DNA from: a virus
Taxonomy: Duplodnaviria > Heunggongvirae > Uroviricota > Caudoviricetes
Length of the DNA stretch: 64,000 nt
IMG/VR virus record: IMGVR_UViG_3300011008_000003
Strand: one strand, 5' to 3'
The first letter of the stretch is position 1; every line of letters begins with the position of its first letter. The notes under the pieces were generated by a model. The model searched no databases. It was not told the DNA's origin and was given only the letters and a program-made list of their open reading frames with translations. Shown piece by piece: positions 18,133 to 28,562 of this stretch. Both the position numbers and the translations under genes were made by a program.

Positions 18133-19002
18133 ATGGCTTGGAAAGAAATCTATTCGGAAAAAGGCAATTATATTGCGAAAGTTCCGTCGAACTCGATTTA
18201 CTACAGTAATCCTGACTTGCTGAGATCGATGTACAATGAATGCCGAAACGAACAACAGGAAAACGGGCTGATGTTCGGTAACGGGTACTTGAGCTATAAA
18301 AATACTGGTTCCCATGAAACGTTGGAAATCTGTCTATACCTGATAGAAAAAGTTTTTCCGTCGTATAACAGTTCTCGGTGTACCCTTCACTTCGACTACA
18401 ACAAGAATACGAAGATGTTTGATTACTATCTGGTTCCCAGTATGAGTTGTGAGGCGATGACGAACTATGTCTTGGAACATATTAAGTTCAATAAGGACAA
18501 CGTACAACACGTTTACGCTTCTGAAATCATGGATAATCCGTGGAATTACATTAAGAAACTCCTTTTTGAAGTTCAGCAAGTCTCGTATGATTACATAAAG
18601 ATTTACAAAAACAATACGCTGGAATTCGAAATTGAATATGTGGAAGACCTTGAAAATGTTAAGGAACTGGCGACCAGTCTCGGGTATACGTTCTACCTCG
18701 GTGATCACGATACCTGTGGAAAAGAGATCGCCATTTTGGACGATAAGAGTCTGAACGGATATGATAATAAAATCGAATTCGTAAGTTCTCCGTGTGGATT
18801 AGAGAGGACTGGGGGCGATTTTGAGTACGTCGCCAGTATCATGGGGTATAAAGTCGATTACGGAGATCATAGGCTTAAGTTTAAGTCTCCGAAGGACATG
18901 TTTAGTTTCATTAAGGATATGTTAATCCAGTATCACGAAGTGAAAACCAAACTGTTAAGTGTCCGACCTCAGTTTGAGGAGCACTTTTTACCCAAAGTTT
19001 AA
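18133..19002 (+). CDS. Hypothetical protein
   Basis: -10 box + GAGGT RBS, 289 aa; terminator at ~19024-19057. Confidence 0.85.
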   Translation: MAWKEIYSEKGNYIAKVPSNSIYYSNPDLLRSMYNECRNEQQENGLMFGNGYLSYKNTGSHETLEICLYLIEKVFPSYNSSRCTLHFDYNKNTKMFDYYLVPSMSCEAMTNYVLEHIKFNKDNVQHVYASEIMDNPWNYIKKLLFEVQQVSYDYIKIYKNNTLEFEIEYVEDLENVKELATSLGYTFYLGDHDTCGKEIAILDDKSLNGYDNKIEFVSSPCGLERTGGDFEYVASIMGYKVDYGDHRLKFKSPKDMFSFIKDMLIQYHEVKTKLLSVRPQFEEHFLPKV

Positions 19003-19107
19003 GATACCATAATACCTCGAAGTAGACGGTTTGGCTTAGGCCATTCCGTCTTTTTTGTTTTAAACGTTTTTATTTACAAAACATTTGGAATTTTCTATAT
19101 TAAGAAT

Positions 19108-19446
19108 ATGAACAGATACTTACCTATTAAGATTGATACTTGCAGCCATGAGTATATGATAGACCTGTGCGGCAATACCTGGACAGACAGCGGATTGCCT
19201 GTAAGTAATATAACCAAATGGAAACTGAATGACAAACCGGTAGTGTTTCGCCTGCATATCTGCGAGTTAATGAAAGCCGGCGACAAAGATATTCGGATTT
19301 TATCGGAATATGCCTTCTGCACAGGTAAGAAGGTTACTGTAGACTTTATGGGTAAAACGTATCATCCGGGTGACAGTGACTTTGAACTGATAAAGCTGCA
19401 TGATGCATTAGAAACCGAAATTGCCCTGGCAAGACTGGAGTTATAA
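19108..19446 (+). CDS. Family A small protein (leaderless)
   Basis: TTTACA-N17-TATATT-N6-ATG; DFMGKTY...IALARLEL. Confidence 0.8.
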   Translation: MNRYLPIKIDTCSHEYMIDLCGNTWTDSGLPVSNITKWKLNDKPVVFRLHICELMKAGDKDIRILSEYAFCTGKKVTVDFMGKTYHPGDSDFELIKLHDALETEIALARLEL

Positions 19447-19724
19447 TGACAATATCAACGAAAAGCGGCATCTTTGGCGACTGGTATGACTATGAAGTAA
19501 TACTGCCGTCCAACTTTATTATCTTTAAAGACCATTTTGGTTATGAGGGATTCAATATTGCGGTGAAAGCCGATGACGGATATAACTATGCGTTACGTAT
19601 CATCCAGGCAAATCTGATGCAGGTAAAATATAAAGACCAAACTTATGACATGAGGAAACCGAAAGAATATATGACGCTGAAGAGCATCCTTGAAGCCGAT
19701 ATTGTCCTGGCAAGTCTGGACTAA
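19446..19724 (+). CDS. Family A small protein
   Basis: TAATG coupling; KYKDQTY...IVLASLD. Confidence 0.8.
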   Translation: MTISTKSGIFGDWYDYEVILPSNFIIFKDHFGYEGFNIAVKADDGYNYALRIIQANLMQVKYKDQTYDMRKPKEYMTLKSILEADIVLASLD

Positions 19725-19787
19725 AATCAAAATCAAAATTGATTTAAATTAAATTCGGTTTTTTCTATATTTGAGTTAGAGGTAATT

Positions 19788-20444
19788 ATGACTAAGATTA
19801 GACCATGTGACAAACTGACAATCACCGACATCCAGACTTCCATTAAGCAGAAGGCCGTTGCGTTCGATGCGCTTGCCGAGCTTATTAAGACTTTCCCGGC
19901 TCAAGATATGCTGACATGCAAGTTGTCACATATGGACGATCCGACAAAGGAACTTATGGCGAACTGCAAGTACCGCATTCCGTTCCATATGAGGGAATCC
20001 CAGTTTATGGAAAGCAAGGGACTCGGCATGGGTTACAGGTTACTCGACACCATTCCGGCTGCAATTGACCCGGAAAGCCACTATACCATTAACATTGAGA
20101 TCGTCTGTAAGAAAGCTGGCGGTTATTCCGTTAAGTTAAAGAATGTCTGCGACTATATCTATTCGCGAATCCGTCGTAAAGAAGGCAATACTGAATTTAA
20201 GAATTATCTTAATACGGCAACCTATGAACAGGTTGGACAGGATTCTGTTTCCGCCATTATCCACCGTGAAATAAAGGGCTGTGCCAGAAAGGCATCGGCT
20301 GTCAAGCATGCGACGAGGAACGTCGAATGGCTCAGGGCTGGTCTGGCTGAACTGATTCCTGCAATGTTGGAAGACAGTCTGTATAAGACCGAACAGGCCA
20401 TGTACAATATGTCGACCGATAAGGTCTTGGGTGTTCTGAAATAA
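19788..20444 (+). CDS. Hypothetical protein, paralogue of 20513
   Basis: YRIPFHMRESQF vs YCLPFNLNDTRF; ends VLGVLK. Confidence 0.85.
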   Translation: MTKIRPCDKLTITDIQTSIKQKAVAFDALAELIKTFPAQDMLTCKLSHMDDPTKELMANCKYRIPFHMRESQFMESKGLGMGYRLLDTIPAAIDPESHYTINIEIVCKKAGGYSVKLKNVCDYIYSRIRRKEGNTEFKNYLNTATYEQVGQDSVSAIIHREIKGCARKASAVKHATRNVEWLRAGLAELIPAMLEDSLYKTEQAMYNMSTDKVLGVLK

Positions 20445-20512
20445 AAATTAAGAATAAATCGGGCTTATATTAAGCCCGGTTTTTCTATATTGTATTAAAA
20501 CAAGAGGATATT

Positions 20513-21142
20513 ATGATAAATTCAAGTTTAACGCTCGATGAAGCATTCCGAATTCACAAGAAACAGCTGGATCACCTTGATGCGGCTCTGGCAAAGATTA
20601 AGGAATTTCCGTTAAGCCAGTATCTGCACGTAGGTTTCGACTCAGGGCTCGCCAAGGCCACCACGTTCGTCTATAACCTTGAATACTGTTTGCCGTTCAA
20701 TTTGAACGATACCAGATTCTACGGTTATTCGAAGGATTCCAAGGTCAACATCGACGTGCCGACGAGTTGGGTTAAGGATCACCTGTTCTGCAAGCATCCG
20801 GTGATAACGATGGCATTTAAGCTCACATACCGTTCCGATAAGGATCAGTGGAGCATTAAGTGTTCGCACGTCTATGCGACGACAACCTGCAAAGACAAAT
20901 ATAACGACTATTCCGTTGCCGTTAATCATGAATATTCGACGGTCGCTGAAGCAAACCGAGTGATTGGCTGGGGTGGCGACGCGAGAAATAAGAGTGCTGT
21001 GAACAGGAAATCCGACGATGTGGGTTTTTATATTAAGCTGTTCCAGATGCTGCTGCCGTTCCTGATGAATGACAATCTTATGGGTGTACGAAGCATTCTG
21101 TCCGACGCAGCGAACACCAAAGCATTAAATTCATTAAGGTAA
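20513..21142 (+). CDS. Hypothetical protein, paralogue of 19788
   Basis: Promoter + RBS; ends ALNSLR. Confidence 0.85.
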   Translation: MINSSLTLDEAFRIHKKQLDHLDAALAKIKEFPLSQYLHVGFDSGLAKATTFVYNLEYCLPFNLNDTRFYGYSKDSKVNIDVPTSWVKDHLFCKHPVITMAFKLTYRSDKDQWSIKCSHVYATTTCKDKYNDYSVAVNHEYSTVAEANRVIGWGGDARNKSAVNRKSDDVGFYIKLFQMLLPFLMNDNLMGVRSILSDAANTKALNSLR

Positions 21143-21193
21143 TAGTTTACAAGTCAAAACCGATTTTCTATATTTAAGCCAGAGGTATTTAAT

Positions 21194-21604
21194 ATGCAAA
21201 TGAAGCGACTGAAAGAATTGCACGCCGATTACCGCGGCGAGGAATGGATAGAGAACAGCATTACCGAAGAGTATAACGATGCTCTGATGTGCGTGGCGAC
21301 CGAAAAGACGGTCAATGAAGTCATGGACATTATGGAAACCCTTATCGAATTCAATAACGGGGAACGTCCGGACGAGGAAGACGACTGGATCGTGTACGAT
21401 CCGGAAAAGTTCAATAAGGTAATCAAAGACGCGAACGCTGTAGTCTTTGCTAAGAGAGATAAGGCGACCATGGAGATTCTGGACGTGCTCGAGGGTGATC
21501 CCGAGGAACCGACGGAAGAGGAAAAGGAACTGGCCGCCTTGGACGTCCTCGACGGTATTGACTCGCCGTTCTACGATCCTAATGCAAAGGACGACGATAA
21601 TTAA
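21194..21604 (+). CDS. Acidic hypothetical protein
   Basis: Promoter + AGAGGT RBS. Confidence 0.8.
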   Translation: MQMKRLKELHADYRGEEWIENSITEEYNDALMCVATEKTVNEVMDIMETLIEFNNGERPDEEDDWIVYDPEKFNKVIKDANAVVFAKRDKATMEILDVLEGDPEEPTEEEKELAALDVLDGIDSPFYDPNAKDDDN

Positions 21605-21717
21605 ATATGGCTGTTCCGATGAAAATTTGATTATGAATACTATTTACAATTCAATATCGATTTTCTATATTTAGAGCATAAACAAAACCAATCAACTTTT
21701 TCAAAGAGGTAATTCCT

Positions 21718-22728
21718 ATGGCAAACCAAATGTTCACTCCGATGTCTGATAACGAAGCAGACGCCTTCCTCGACGATCTCTTCGGCACGTCCGAAGCCGT
21801 CGAAACCGAAACCGCACCGGTTGATACCGCTGCAGAACCGACCGTTGAACCGGTTGCTGAAATGCCGACCGAAGCGGAAGCTAAGGCAACCGACGTCGAA
21901 CTTGAAGTGGTCGACGAACTTCCGGAAGTCACTAAGTCTGTGGTTGCCGGCACTCGCCACCTCAGCAAGCCGCGTGTGGTCGTCAACAAGTTCAACGGTA
22001 TTGACGGTCTGAGCGCCGCCGAGAGTAACGAATTCAACTCGTGGCTCGCCGCTCACGGTCTGTGCAAGACCATCGGTGCTTTCGCATCCACTAAGCGTAT
22101 GCGAATCTACCGTAACCTGGGTACCAAGAACGGTAAGCAGCTCCATTCTCGTGACTGCATCTACGTCGTGTCTTCGGACGACTGGCGTAAGAACAAGGAA
22201 GCCGTTTATCGTACCATCCTCCGCCTCTCCAAGAAGCAGATGGATGCGGAAATGGTTGTTAAGGTCGCCGAATACCGTCAGAAGATGAACCAAATCGAGG
22301 AAGATTTGCTTCTCCAGCACGACATCGTGATGAACTGGTACAACGGCAAGTCCGCAACCTTCAAGAAGATCCAGCACAAGATCATGGCACCCGATGTGCT
22401 CGCCATGCTTGACGAAGCTGTCAAGCATAACGACAAGTATAACGTTCAGGATATGTACCTGCAGCGTTTCCGCATGGGTGCCCAGATTGAAGAGCTCGGT
22501 ATCGCCCCTGAGTACGACTGGCGTAACTTCGACGTCATCGTTAAGGGTGGCAAGGTTGTCTGTGCTTACAGTTACCGCGACATGGTTCCGCTGTACTCCG
22601 AAACCTTTAAGACTGGTTTCTTCAACAAGTTCGGTTACAACACCGAAATCGTGGACTCCGAAACCATCGAGAAGGTCAAGGCCATGGGTGCCAAGTACAC
22701 CTGTGCCGAAGCCGAAAAGAAGGCTTAG
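21718..22728 (+). CDS. Hypothetical protein with acidic low-complexity N-terminus
   Basis: 336 aa, strongly biased codon usage, promoter, RBS, terminator. Confidence 0.88.
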   Translation: MANQMFTPMSDNEADAFLDDLFGTSEAVETETAPVDTAAEPTVEPVAEMPTEAEAKATDVELEVVDELPEVTKSVVAGTRHLSKPRVVVNKFNGIDGLSAAESNEFNSWLAAHGLCKTIGAFASTKRMRIYRNLGTKNGKQLHSRDCIYVVSSDDWRKNKEAVYRTILRLSKKQMDAEMVVKVAEYRQKMNQIEEDLLLQHDIVMNWYNGKSATFKKIQHKIMAPDVLAMLDEAVKHNDKYNVQDMYLQRFRMGAQIEELGIAPEYDWRNFDVIVKGGKVVCAYSYRDMVPLYSETFKTGFFNKFGYNTEIVDSETIEKVKAMGAKYTCAEAEKKA

Positions 22729-22877
22729 TCCGATTCGTTCAACGGGAGTCCGGCTTCGGCCGGGCTTTTCCGTTATTTTTTTCTCTATTGTTTTTATTTA
22801 CGTTTTAGCTCAGATTTTCTATATTTTAATTGAGCATGGTGCTCATTAAATAAAAGTTCAAACAAGAGGCAATTCCA

Positions 22878-24248
22878 ATGATTACATACAATCTGTCCAC
22901 CGAAGAGAAATTCGAAAAGATGCAGCAACAAATGTATCTGATTTACCCCTCGCTCGGTTCGTTCTACAACATGTGCAACAAGCGTGCACTTCCGAAAGAA
23001 TCTAAGGTGACGCTCCGACTCAACGTCTGCGAAGGTTCCGCTCCGATCATTGAGTATACCGAAGACTTCATGAAGACTCTGAGCGTCGAAACCTTTACGA
23101 TTCTGATGAGCATCGAGCTCTTCCGTTTGCTCTTGCATCATCCGACGACTCGTATGCAGATTAGCCGTTCCCTCACGGTTCAGGCTTCCAACTTCATCTG
23201 CAGTGACTCCAAAATTCGTAACTTCATCATGCCGGCACACCTTAAGGATGCTTTCCCGGACATCGCTGAAATTCAGGCTATGGAGCCCAGCTTCAACGTC
23301 AATGACGACCTTTATCTTGAAAAAGTCTACCGAATTCTTGAAAAGAATTCCCAAGACCAGAATCAGAATGGCCAGGGTCAAGGTCAAGGACAAGGCCAAG
23401 GTCAAAGCCAGGGTAACGGAGACGGTGACGGTGACGGCCAAGGTCAAGGTCAGAATGACCCGAACGGTGACAACCAAGATCAGGATGGTGACGGCGATGG
23501 TGACGGCAAGTCCGACGAACAGAAGGAAAACGACAGCCTCAAGCGTCACTTCTCTAGCCAGCAGTCTGAAAAGAACTCTGAAGGCTGGGGTGAAAACGAA
23601 CTGGTTGACGCTCAGGTTTCTGGCGAAGTCAACAAGCGTCAGTTGTCTGATTGGTCCGACGTCGGTAACGGCATGACCAAGATGATCCTGAAGGCCAACG
23701 AACTTCAGTTTGACCCCTGGTCCGTCATTAAGCGTTTCGCAACTTCCGTGTTCTCCGACTTCATCTCGTTCACTCGCATGCGTCCTAACCGCCGTCTTCC
23801 GGATTGGACTGGTGTTCTTCCGGGTAAGCGTCATGCCATGAAGGCTAAGGTACTCTTTGCGATTGACTGCAGTGGTTCCATGGCTGAGAGCGAAATCGAA
23901 CGAGCCTGCGGAGTCGTCAACTCGGCCCTCAAGCATGCTGAAACGTGGTATTGCTTCTGGGACTGCAAGTGTTCTGACTTCACTCAGAAGCGTTCCAAGA
24001 CTTCGGACTTCGACGGTCTCGGTGGTGGCGGCACCAACCCTGACTGCGTAATCAAGAAGCTCGAGGAATCCAAGGAACACTTCGACGGCCTCGTGTTCAT
24101 CACGGACTGCTACTTCGACTGGCAGCAGCCGAAAGGAAAGCACAAGATTTTCATCCTGCACACCAAGGATGCGGGTGATCCTCCGGCTTGGTGCAAGTGG
24201 CATCTGGGCATGGATGACATCGAAAAGATTCAGAAGTCTCGCTCTTAA
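22878..24248 (+). CDS. VWA-domain protein with N-terminal metallopeptidase-like domain (DUF2201-type), MoxR partner
   Basis: RPNRR, MIDAS DCSGS, GGGT, FITD; GQ/GD-repeat linker. Confidence 0.88.
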   Translation: MITYNLSTEEKFEKMQQQMYLIYPSLGSFYNMCNKRALPKESKVTLRLNVCEGSAPIIEYTEDFMKTLSVETFTILMSIELFRLLLHHPTTRMQISRSLTVQASNFICSDSKIRNFIMPAHLKDAFPDIAEIQAMEPSFNVNDDLYLEKVYRILEKNSQDQNQNGQGQGQGQGQGQSQGNGDGDGDGQGQGQNDPNGDNQDQDGDGDGDGKSDEQKENDSLKRHFSSQQSEKNSEGWGENELVDAQVSGEVNKRQLSDWSDVGNGMTKMILKANELQFDPWSVIKRFATSVFSDFISFTRMRPNRRLPDWTGVLPGKRHAMKAKVLFAIDCSGSMAESEIERACGVVNSALKHAETWYCFWDCKCSDFTQKRSKTSDFDGLGGGGTNPDCVIKKLEESKEHFDGLVFITDCYFDWQQPKGKHKIFILHTKDAGDPPAWCKWHLGMDDIEKIQKSRS

Positions 24249-24371
24249 GCGATGGCTTCCGGGCCTTTGCCTCATGAACAAAGGGTGGCCGATTAAGTTC
24301 GGCTGCCCTTCTTTAATTTTTTGACTATTAAACTTATTTACAAAGATTTTCAGATTTACTATATTAAGGAT

Positions 24372-24707
24372 ATGCTTAAAGAAAAACGTTATAAAATCGA
24401 AATTGACACAGCATCTCCGGCCGTGAGCGTGCTGAAAGACGTCCCGTATCACAGGCTGTGGGAATTCCTGCGGGCGCACCCAGAGTACAAGAAGTACGCG
24501 GATGTTAACTGCAGCCGTCCGATCTATGTGTACAAGAAGTGCAAAGTCGGAACAACAGCATTGTGGAAACTCGTAGATGCACTGACATATTCGATGAGCG
24601 GTTGCCCGACTAACATCCGCCGCGATGCCAAAGACCTTAAGCGTAATTACGGTGTCAACATAGCCACCGACATGTACAAGTATCTGAGCCTGGAAGTTCT
24701 GAAGTAA
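24372..24707 (+). CDS. Hypothetical protein (leaderless; start corrected from 24321)
   Basis: TTTACA-N17-TATATT-N6-ATG; ends SLEVLK. Confidence 0.78.
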   Translation: MLKEKRYKIEIDTASPAVSVLKDVPYHRLWEFLRAHPEYKKYADVNCSRPIYVYKKCKVGTTALWKLVDALTYSMSGCPTNIRRDAKDLKRNYGVNIATDMYKYLSLEVLK

Positions 24708-24939
24708 ACGTTTAATAAAATTTAATTGACAACATTTAAAAATTTTTCTATCTTATAAGGCATGTTGAATATGGAATATATGAAAATTGACTTTTTTGCG
24801 AGCGATTCCAACAAGCCGAGCGCTTCCGACGAAAATCACTCAAAGATAATTGTTTACAAGTCAATTCGAAATTTCTATATTTAACCACGTAGCAAGTCGC
24901 TACATCGTTCAACAACTCAGAAAACCTAAGAGGTATCTA

Positions 24940-26094
24940 ATGAATATCAAGCAGCTCACCAACGCAATCAAGTTCATCCCCGCCCGCAAGTCCATCATGC
25001 TCAAGGGCACCCACGGTATCGGCAAGACCGAATGGGTCACTCAGCTCGCCAAGGACCTCGGCCTCAAGCTCGTCATCTGGCACGCCAGCCATGCCGCCGA
25101 CGCCGGCGACATCACAGGTCTTCCTTTCAAGGTCACGGAAACTGACACCGAAACTGGTGAAACCCGCGAAGTGACCAAGTTCGCCAAGCCGCAGTGGATG
25201 ATCCAGAACAAGCCGGTTCTCCTCTTGCTCGACGAAATCAACCGTGGCCTCAGCATTGCATTGAATGCAATCATGCAGCTCACCAACAACGGAACGTACG
25301 ACGACATTACCCTTCCTGAGGGTAGCCGAATCTTCGCCTGTATCAACCCGGAAGAGGACGGCAAGTACGACGTCGGTACGATGGACGCCGCACAGCTCGA
25401 CCGCTTCGCCATCTACGAATTCAAGCCGACCGTCGAGGAATGGGTCGACTGGGCAATCAAGGCTGGTCTGGATTCTCGTGTTGTCCAGTACATCAACACG
25501 CACCACACCATGTTGGACCCGTACTCCAACAACGAACTTGTGAAGTCCGTTCAGGGTAAGGATTGCGGTGTTCTTCCGTCTCGCCGTGCTTGGGAATGCG
25601 TTTCCAAGACCATTCAGAACGGCGACAAGGAACGTGCCTGGGAAGGTCAGGAAGGTATCAACCTGCTCACCGAAATCATGAACGGTATTGTCGGTACCGG
25701 TGCAACTCTGGACTTCATCGCTTACTTCAAGTCCGCTGGTAACAGCCTCAACCCGAAGACTCTGATGGAACTCCCGGAAATCACCGACAAGGAACGCAAG
25801 GCAATCGCAAAGCTCTGCAAGACCGACTTCCCGAACGCTACCAAGCTCGTGGGTGGCTGTGTCCTCTTCCTCAAGGAACACAACGACGAACTTGCGACTT
25901 CCGTCGGTGCTCAGTGGTCCCACAACTTCTACGACATTCTGGCGGCTATGACCAAGGACGCCCAGATTGCCTCCGTGAAGGACTGTGTGATTGGGGCTGT
26001 CAAGGCTCACGAACCGTGGGCTCTGAACCTCAGCAAGCACGAACATCGCTTGAAGGAACTCTACAAGGCCGCTCTGGTTGTCCGCGACCTTTAA
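24940..26094 (+). CDS. MoxR-like AAA+ ATPase (start corrected from 24850)
   Basis: GTHGIGKT, LLLLDEINR, ACINP, AQLDRF, PSRRAW; AAGAGGT RBS. Confidence 0.9.
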   Translation: MNIKQLTNAIKFIPARKSIMLKGTHGIGKTEWVTQLAKDLGLKLVIWHASHAADAGDITGLPFKVTETDTETGETREVTKFAKPQWMIQNKPVLLLLDEINRGLSIALNAIMQLTNNGTYDDITLPEGSRIFACINPEEDGKYDVGTMDAAQLDRFAIYEFKPTVEEWVDWAIKAGLDSRVVQYINTHHTMLDPYSNNELVKSVQGKDCGVLPSRRAWECVSKTIQNGDKERAWEGQEGINLLTEIMNGIVGTGATLDFIAYFKSAGNSLNPKTLMELPEITDKERKAIAKLCKTDFPNATKLVGGCVLFLKEHNDELATSVGAQWSHNFYDILAAMTKDAQIASVKDCVIGAVKAHEPWALNLSKHEHRLKELYKAALVVRDL

Positions 26095-26224
26095 TGGAAA
26101 CTGGCCTCCGGGCCGTTGTTGAACGAAGAGGCGGGTATCCTTTCGGATGCCCGTCTTTTCGTTATTTATACACCGCTCCTATCCGGTACGCCGCAATAGA
26201 AACTCGTTCATATTTAAGGGAGTC

Positions 26225-26310
26225 TGCGCTAAATTGATTATAAGAGCTTATTTTTTAAGGCCTATAATTAGTACTAAAAATAAAATTAAAGTCCATATAA
26301 TTAAAATATG
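26225..26310 (-). repeat. Dispersed AT-rich intergenic repeat, inverted copy
   Basis: Reverse complement aligns by eye with the 53480-53580 copy. Confidence 0.5.
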
Positions 26311-26453
26311 TGCGATTAAATTAGTGTTTATTGTATTATATAATAGTTGATTTAAATAGACCCCTAAGCACTTCCGACGAAATTTTTTATAATGTTTTTG
26401 TTGACAGTATTATATAATTTTTCTATATTTTAGGAAAATCTAAGAGGTATAAA

Positions 26454-27167
26454 ATGAGTGTAGTAATTTCCAGTGGTTTCCAAGACATCAAGCTCGCCGA
26501 TGACTCTCAGTGGTCTGTCGGTCGTAAGCGGTTCTTTGAAGACATTATGACCGAACTCCAGCGGGCGGACGAGGAATGGTGCGCAAGTCTGGTTATCGGA
26601 CGTAAGTTGGACAAAGCCGCGGCTTACTTCACCGCAGCTGACTGTCTGATTACGATTGTGATGCCGGAAGGAACCGCAACTTACGACGAGAACACCAAGG
26701 AAATCAGGTTCGCCGATGAAGACAAGTGGGTCTGTTTCGTCCACGAGGCAAGCCACTTTATGCACATGGTGGTTGACGGCGGTAAGTTCATCAGTCCGAG
26801 CTTCGAGCATCTGGAACCGATGGTACATGCGGCGTTCGACGGACACCGTAGGTCCAACACCAAGTATCTGGAATTCGAAGCAGGCTATCGCAGTCTGTAT
26901 TACAACGAGATTTACGAAATGGGTCCTAAGGAACTCTATTTCGAAAGGAATCTGAAAAATATGATGAACTACGTCAGGGTCGAAGGACTCGAGGGGTTTG
27001 TCAAGGCTCTCCAGGCTTGCAAGTCGGAAGACGAAGCCAAGGCTGTAATCGAAAACCGTAAGGAAGACTTCGAAAAGGCCCGCCAGCAGATCCAAAAGTG
27101 GTCGGACCTCGACAAGTTCACAATCACGGTTCCTGACAGCACCGTGGCTGCTCCGGCTGAAAACTAA
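26454..27167 (+). CDS. Putative zinc metallopeptidase (HExxH)
   Basis: FVHEASHFMH plus downstream EFEA motif. Confidence 0.7.
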   Translation: MSVVISSGFQDIKLADDSQWSVGRKRFFEDIMTELQRADEEWCASLVIGRKLDKAAAYFTAADCLITIVMPEGTATYDENTKEIRFADEDKWVCFVHEASHFMHMVVDGGKFISPSFEHLEPMVHAAFDGHRRSNTKYLEFEAGYRSLYYNEIYEMGPKELYFERNLKNMMNYVRVEGLEGFVKALQACKSEDEAKAVIENRKEDFEKARQQIQKWSDLDKFTITVPDSTVAAPAEN

Positions 27168-27229
27168 ATTAAAAATCGACTTACAAGATAAGTCGGTTTT
27201 TCTATATTTAGTAAAAACAAGAGGATATT

Positions 27230-27952
27230 ATGAAGTATTATTTGAACAAGGAAACCGTTCCGTGGCGCACCATCATCAATGAACATCGCCGTTGGTATCA
27301 GTGGTATAACAGCCACACAATTCGCTGCGACATCAAGGGAATGGAAAACCTTTGGTTTAAGGATAACTCTCAGGGCGACTGGGGCGTAGAAATCCAAGAA
27401 CAGTGCAATATGGCATGGCTGCAGGGTAACCATACGGCATACTTCACTAAGCATCAGGCTGTGCTGAACCTCAAGCATGTTCCGAAGGCTATCAAGGAAG
27501 CGGATTACAAGGACTTCTATGACTGGATGTCTGCTGTCTGGAAACATATCTCGGCTGCCCGTGCTAAGGCAAAATTCAAGGCGAATGCGAAAGAATCCAA
27601 CCGTAAAACCGAACAGGCCTTGGAATTCATGAACTTCAAGGACGAAATGGAACCGATGGCGAAGAGGCTGGGATTCGAACCGACCTCGAACGTTCCGGAA
27701 AGTTGTAAGAAGATCAAGCTGGCAAACGGCAAGGTTGGACTGTTCACCTGGAATGACGTCTGGGCACAGCATCCTGATAAGGGCTGGAGAAAGGATTCCG
27801 TTCAGTTCAAAAAGAAGAGACTGAAGGTGACGGCTGACATCCAGCGTTCGGGTAACAAGCTTACCATTCAGGGTATTCCGTCGGAAAGAATGCGTGACGC
27901 TCTGTTGGTGGTCTGTAAGTTACTAGAACGTGACGGCAACACCGGCAAATAA
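27230..27952 (+). CDS. Hypothetical protein
   Basis: Promoter + AAGAGG RBS, 240 aa. Confidence 0.85.
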   Translation: MKYYLNKETVPWRTIINEHRRWYQWYNSHTIRCDIKGMENLWFKDNSQGDWGVEIQEQCNMAWLQGNHTAYFTKHQAVLNLKHVPKAIKEADYKDFYDWMSAVWKHISAARAKAKFKANAKESNRKTEQALEFMNFKDEMEPMAKRLGFEPTSNVPESCKKIKLANGKVGLFTWNDVWAQHPDKGWRKDSVQFKKKRLKVTADIQRSGNKLTIQGIPSERMRDALLVVCKLLERDGNTGK

Positions 27953-28028
27953 TCTTTAGACGTTTTGCTTTACAAAGTCTATTGAAATTCCTAAATTTAA
28001 ATCAAACAACAACGAAAAGGAACCCAAA

Positions 28029-28088
28029 ATGAAAGAAATAGAGCTCGCCAAACGTATTCAGAAAATCCTCGAAGACCTTTGGTGCTAA
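28029..28088 (+). CDS. 19-aa micro-ORF MKEIELAKRIQKILEDLWC
   Basis: Own promoter and AAAGGA RBS. Confidence 0.5.
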   Translation: MKEIELAKRIQKILEDLWC

Positions 28089-28169
28089 TCCGACGATAAA
28101 TCGACTAAGAAAAAAGTTGACAAAATCTTCAGATTATTCTATATTTAAATCAAACAATGGAGGCTATAA

Positions 28170-28562
28170 ATGAAAGAATCTGATATGGAAATCGTTAAGA
28201 ACATGACGGACGCCAAGCTCATCGTCGCAATCCGTGATGCTGTTCCGGACGCCAAGGACACGATGCGTGCCCAGGACATCTGTAACAAGAAGCGTTACGC
28301 CGAAGACCGTTCGATGCTTGCCAACAAGCAGTTGAAGGCGATTACCGACACTTCGAAGTTCTACCGTCGAGCCAAGGCGTTTCTGTTAAAGGAAATCGAC
28401 ATCAAGCTCAACGACACCATCTTCTACAAGTGCAATACCATCAACGCAAAGAACTTCATCAGTTCAATGAAGCAGATGGTCAAAGCCAACCGTGAAACCA
28501 TGGAGGCTCTGGACGCGTTGAATTGCCGCGTTCAGAGGTCAAAGAATACGGTAGCAATATGA
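28170..28562 (+). CDS. Hypothetical protein
   Basis: TTGACA promoter, GGAGG RBS. Confidence 0.82.
   Translation: MKESDMEIVKNMTDAKLIVAIRDAVPDAKDTMRAQDICNKKRYAEDRSMLANKQLKAITDTSKFYRRAKAFLLKEIDIKLNDTIFYKCNTINAKNFISSMKQMVKANRETMEALDALNCRVQRSKNTVAI

Noticed and set aside
23360-23515. GGTCAA / GGTGAC tandem repeats
   Set aside because: Encode the low-complexity GQ/GD linker typical of this VWA family; not a separate element
21640-26046. Long minus-strand ORFs 21640..22428, 22794..24479, 24937..26046 (also 16210, 17083, 35703, 37181)
   Set aside because: Stop-free antisense frames caused by codon bias of the real plus-strand genes; no promoter, RBS or motifs
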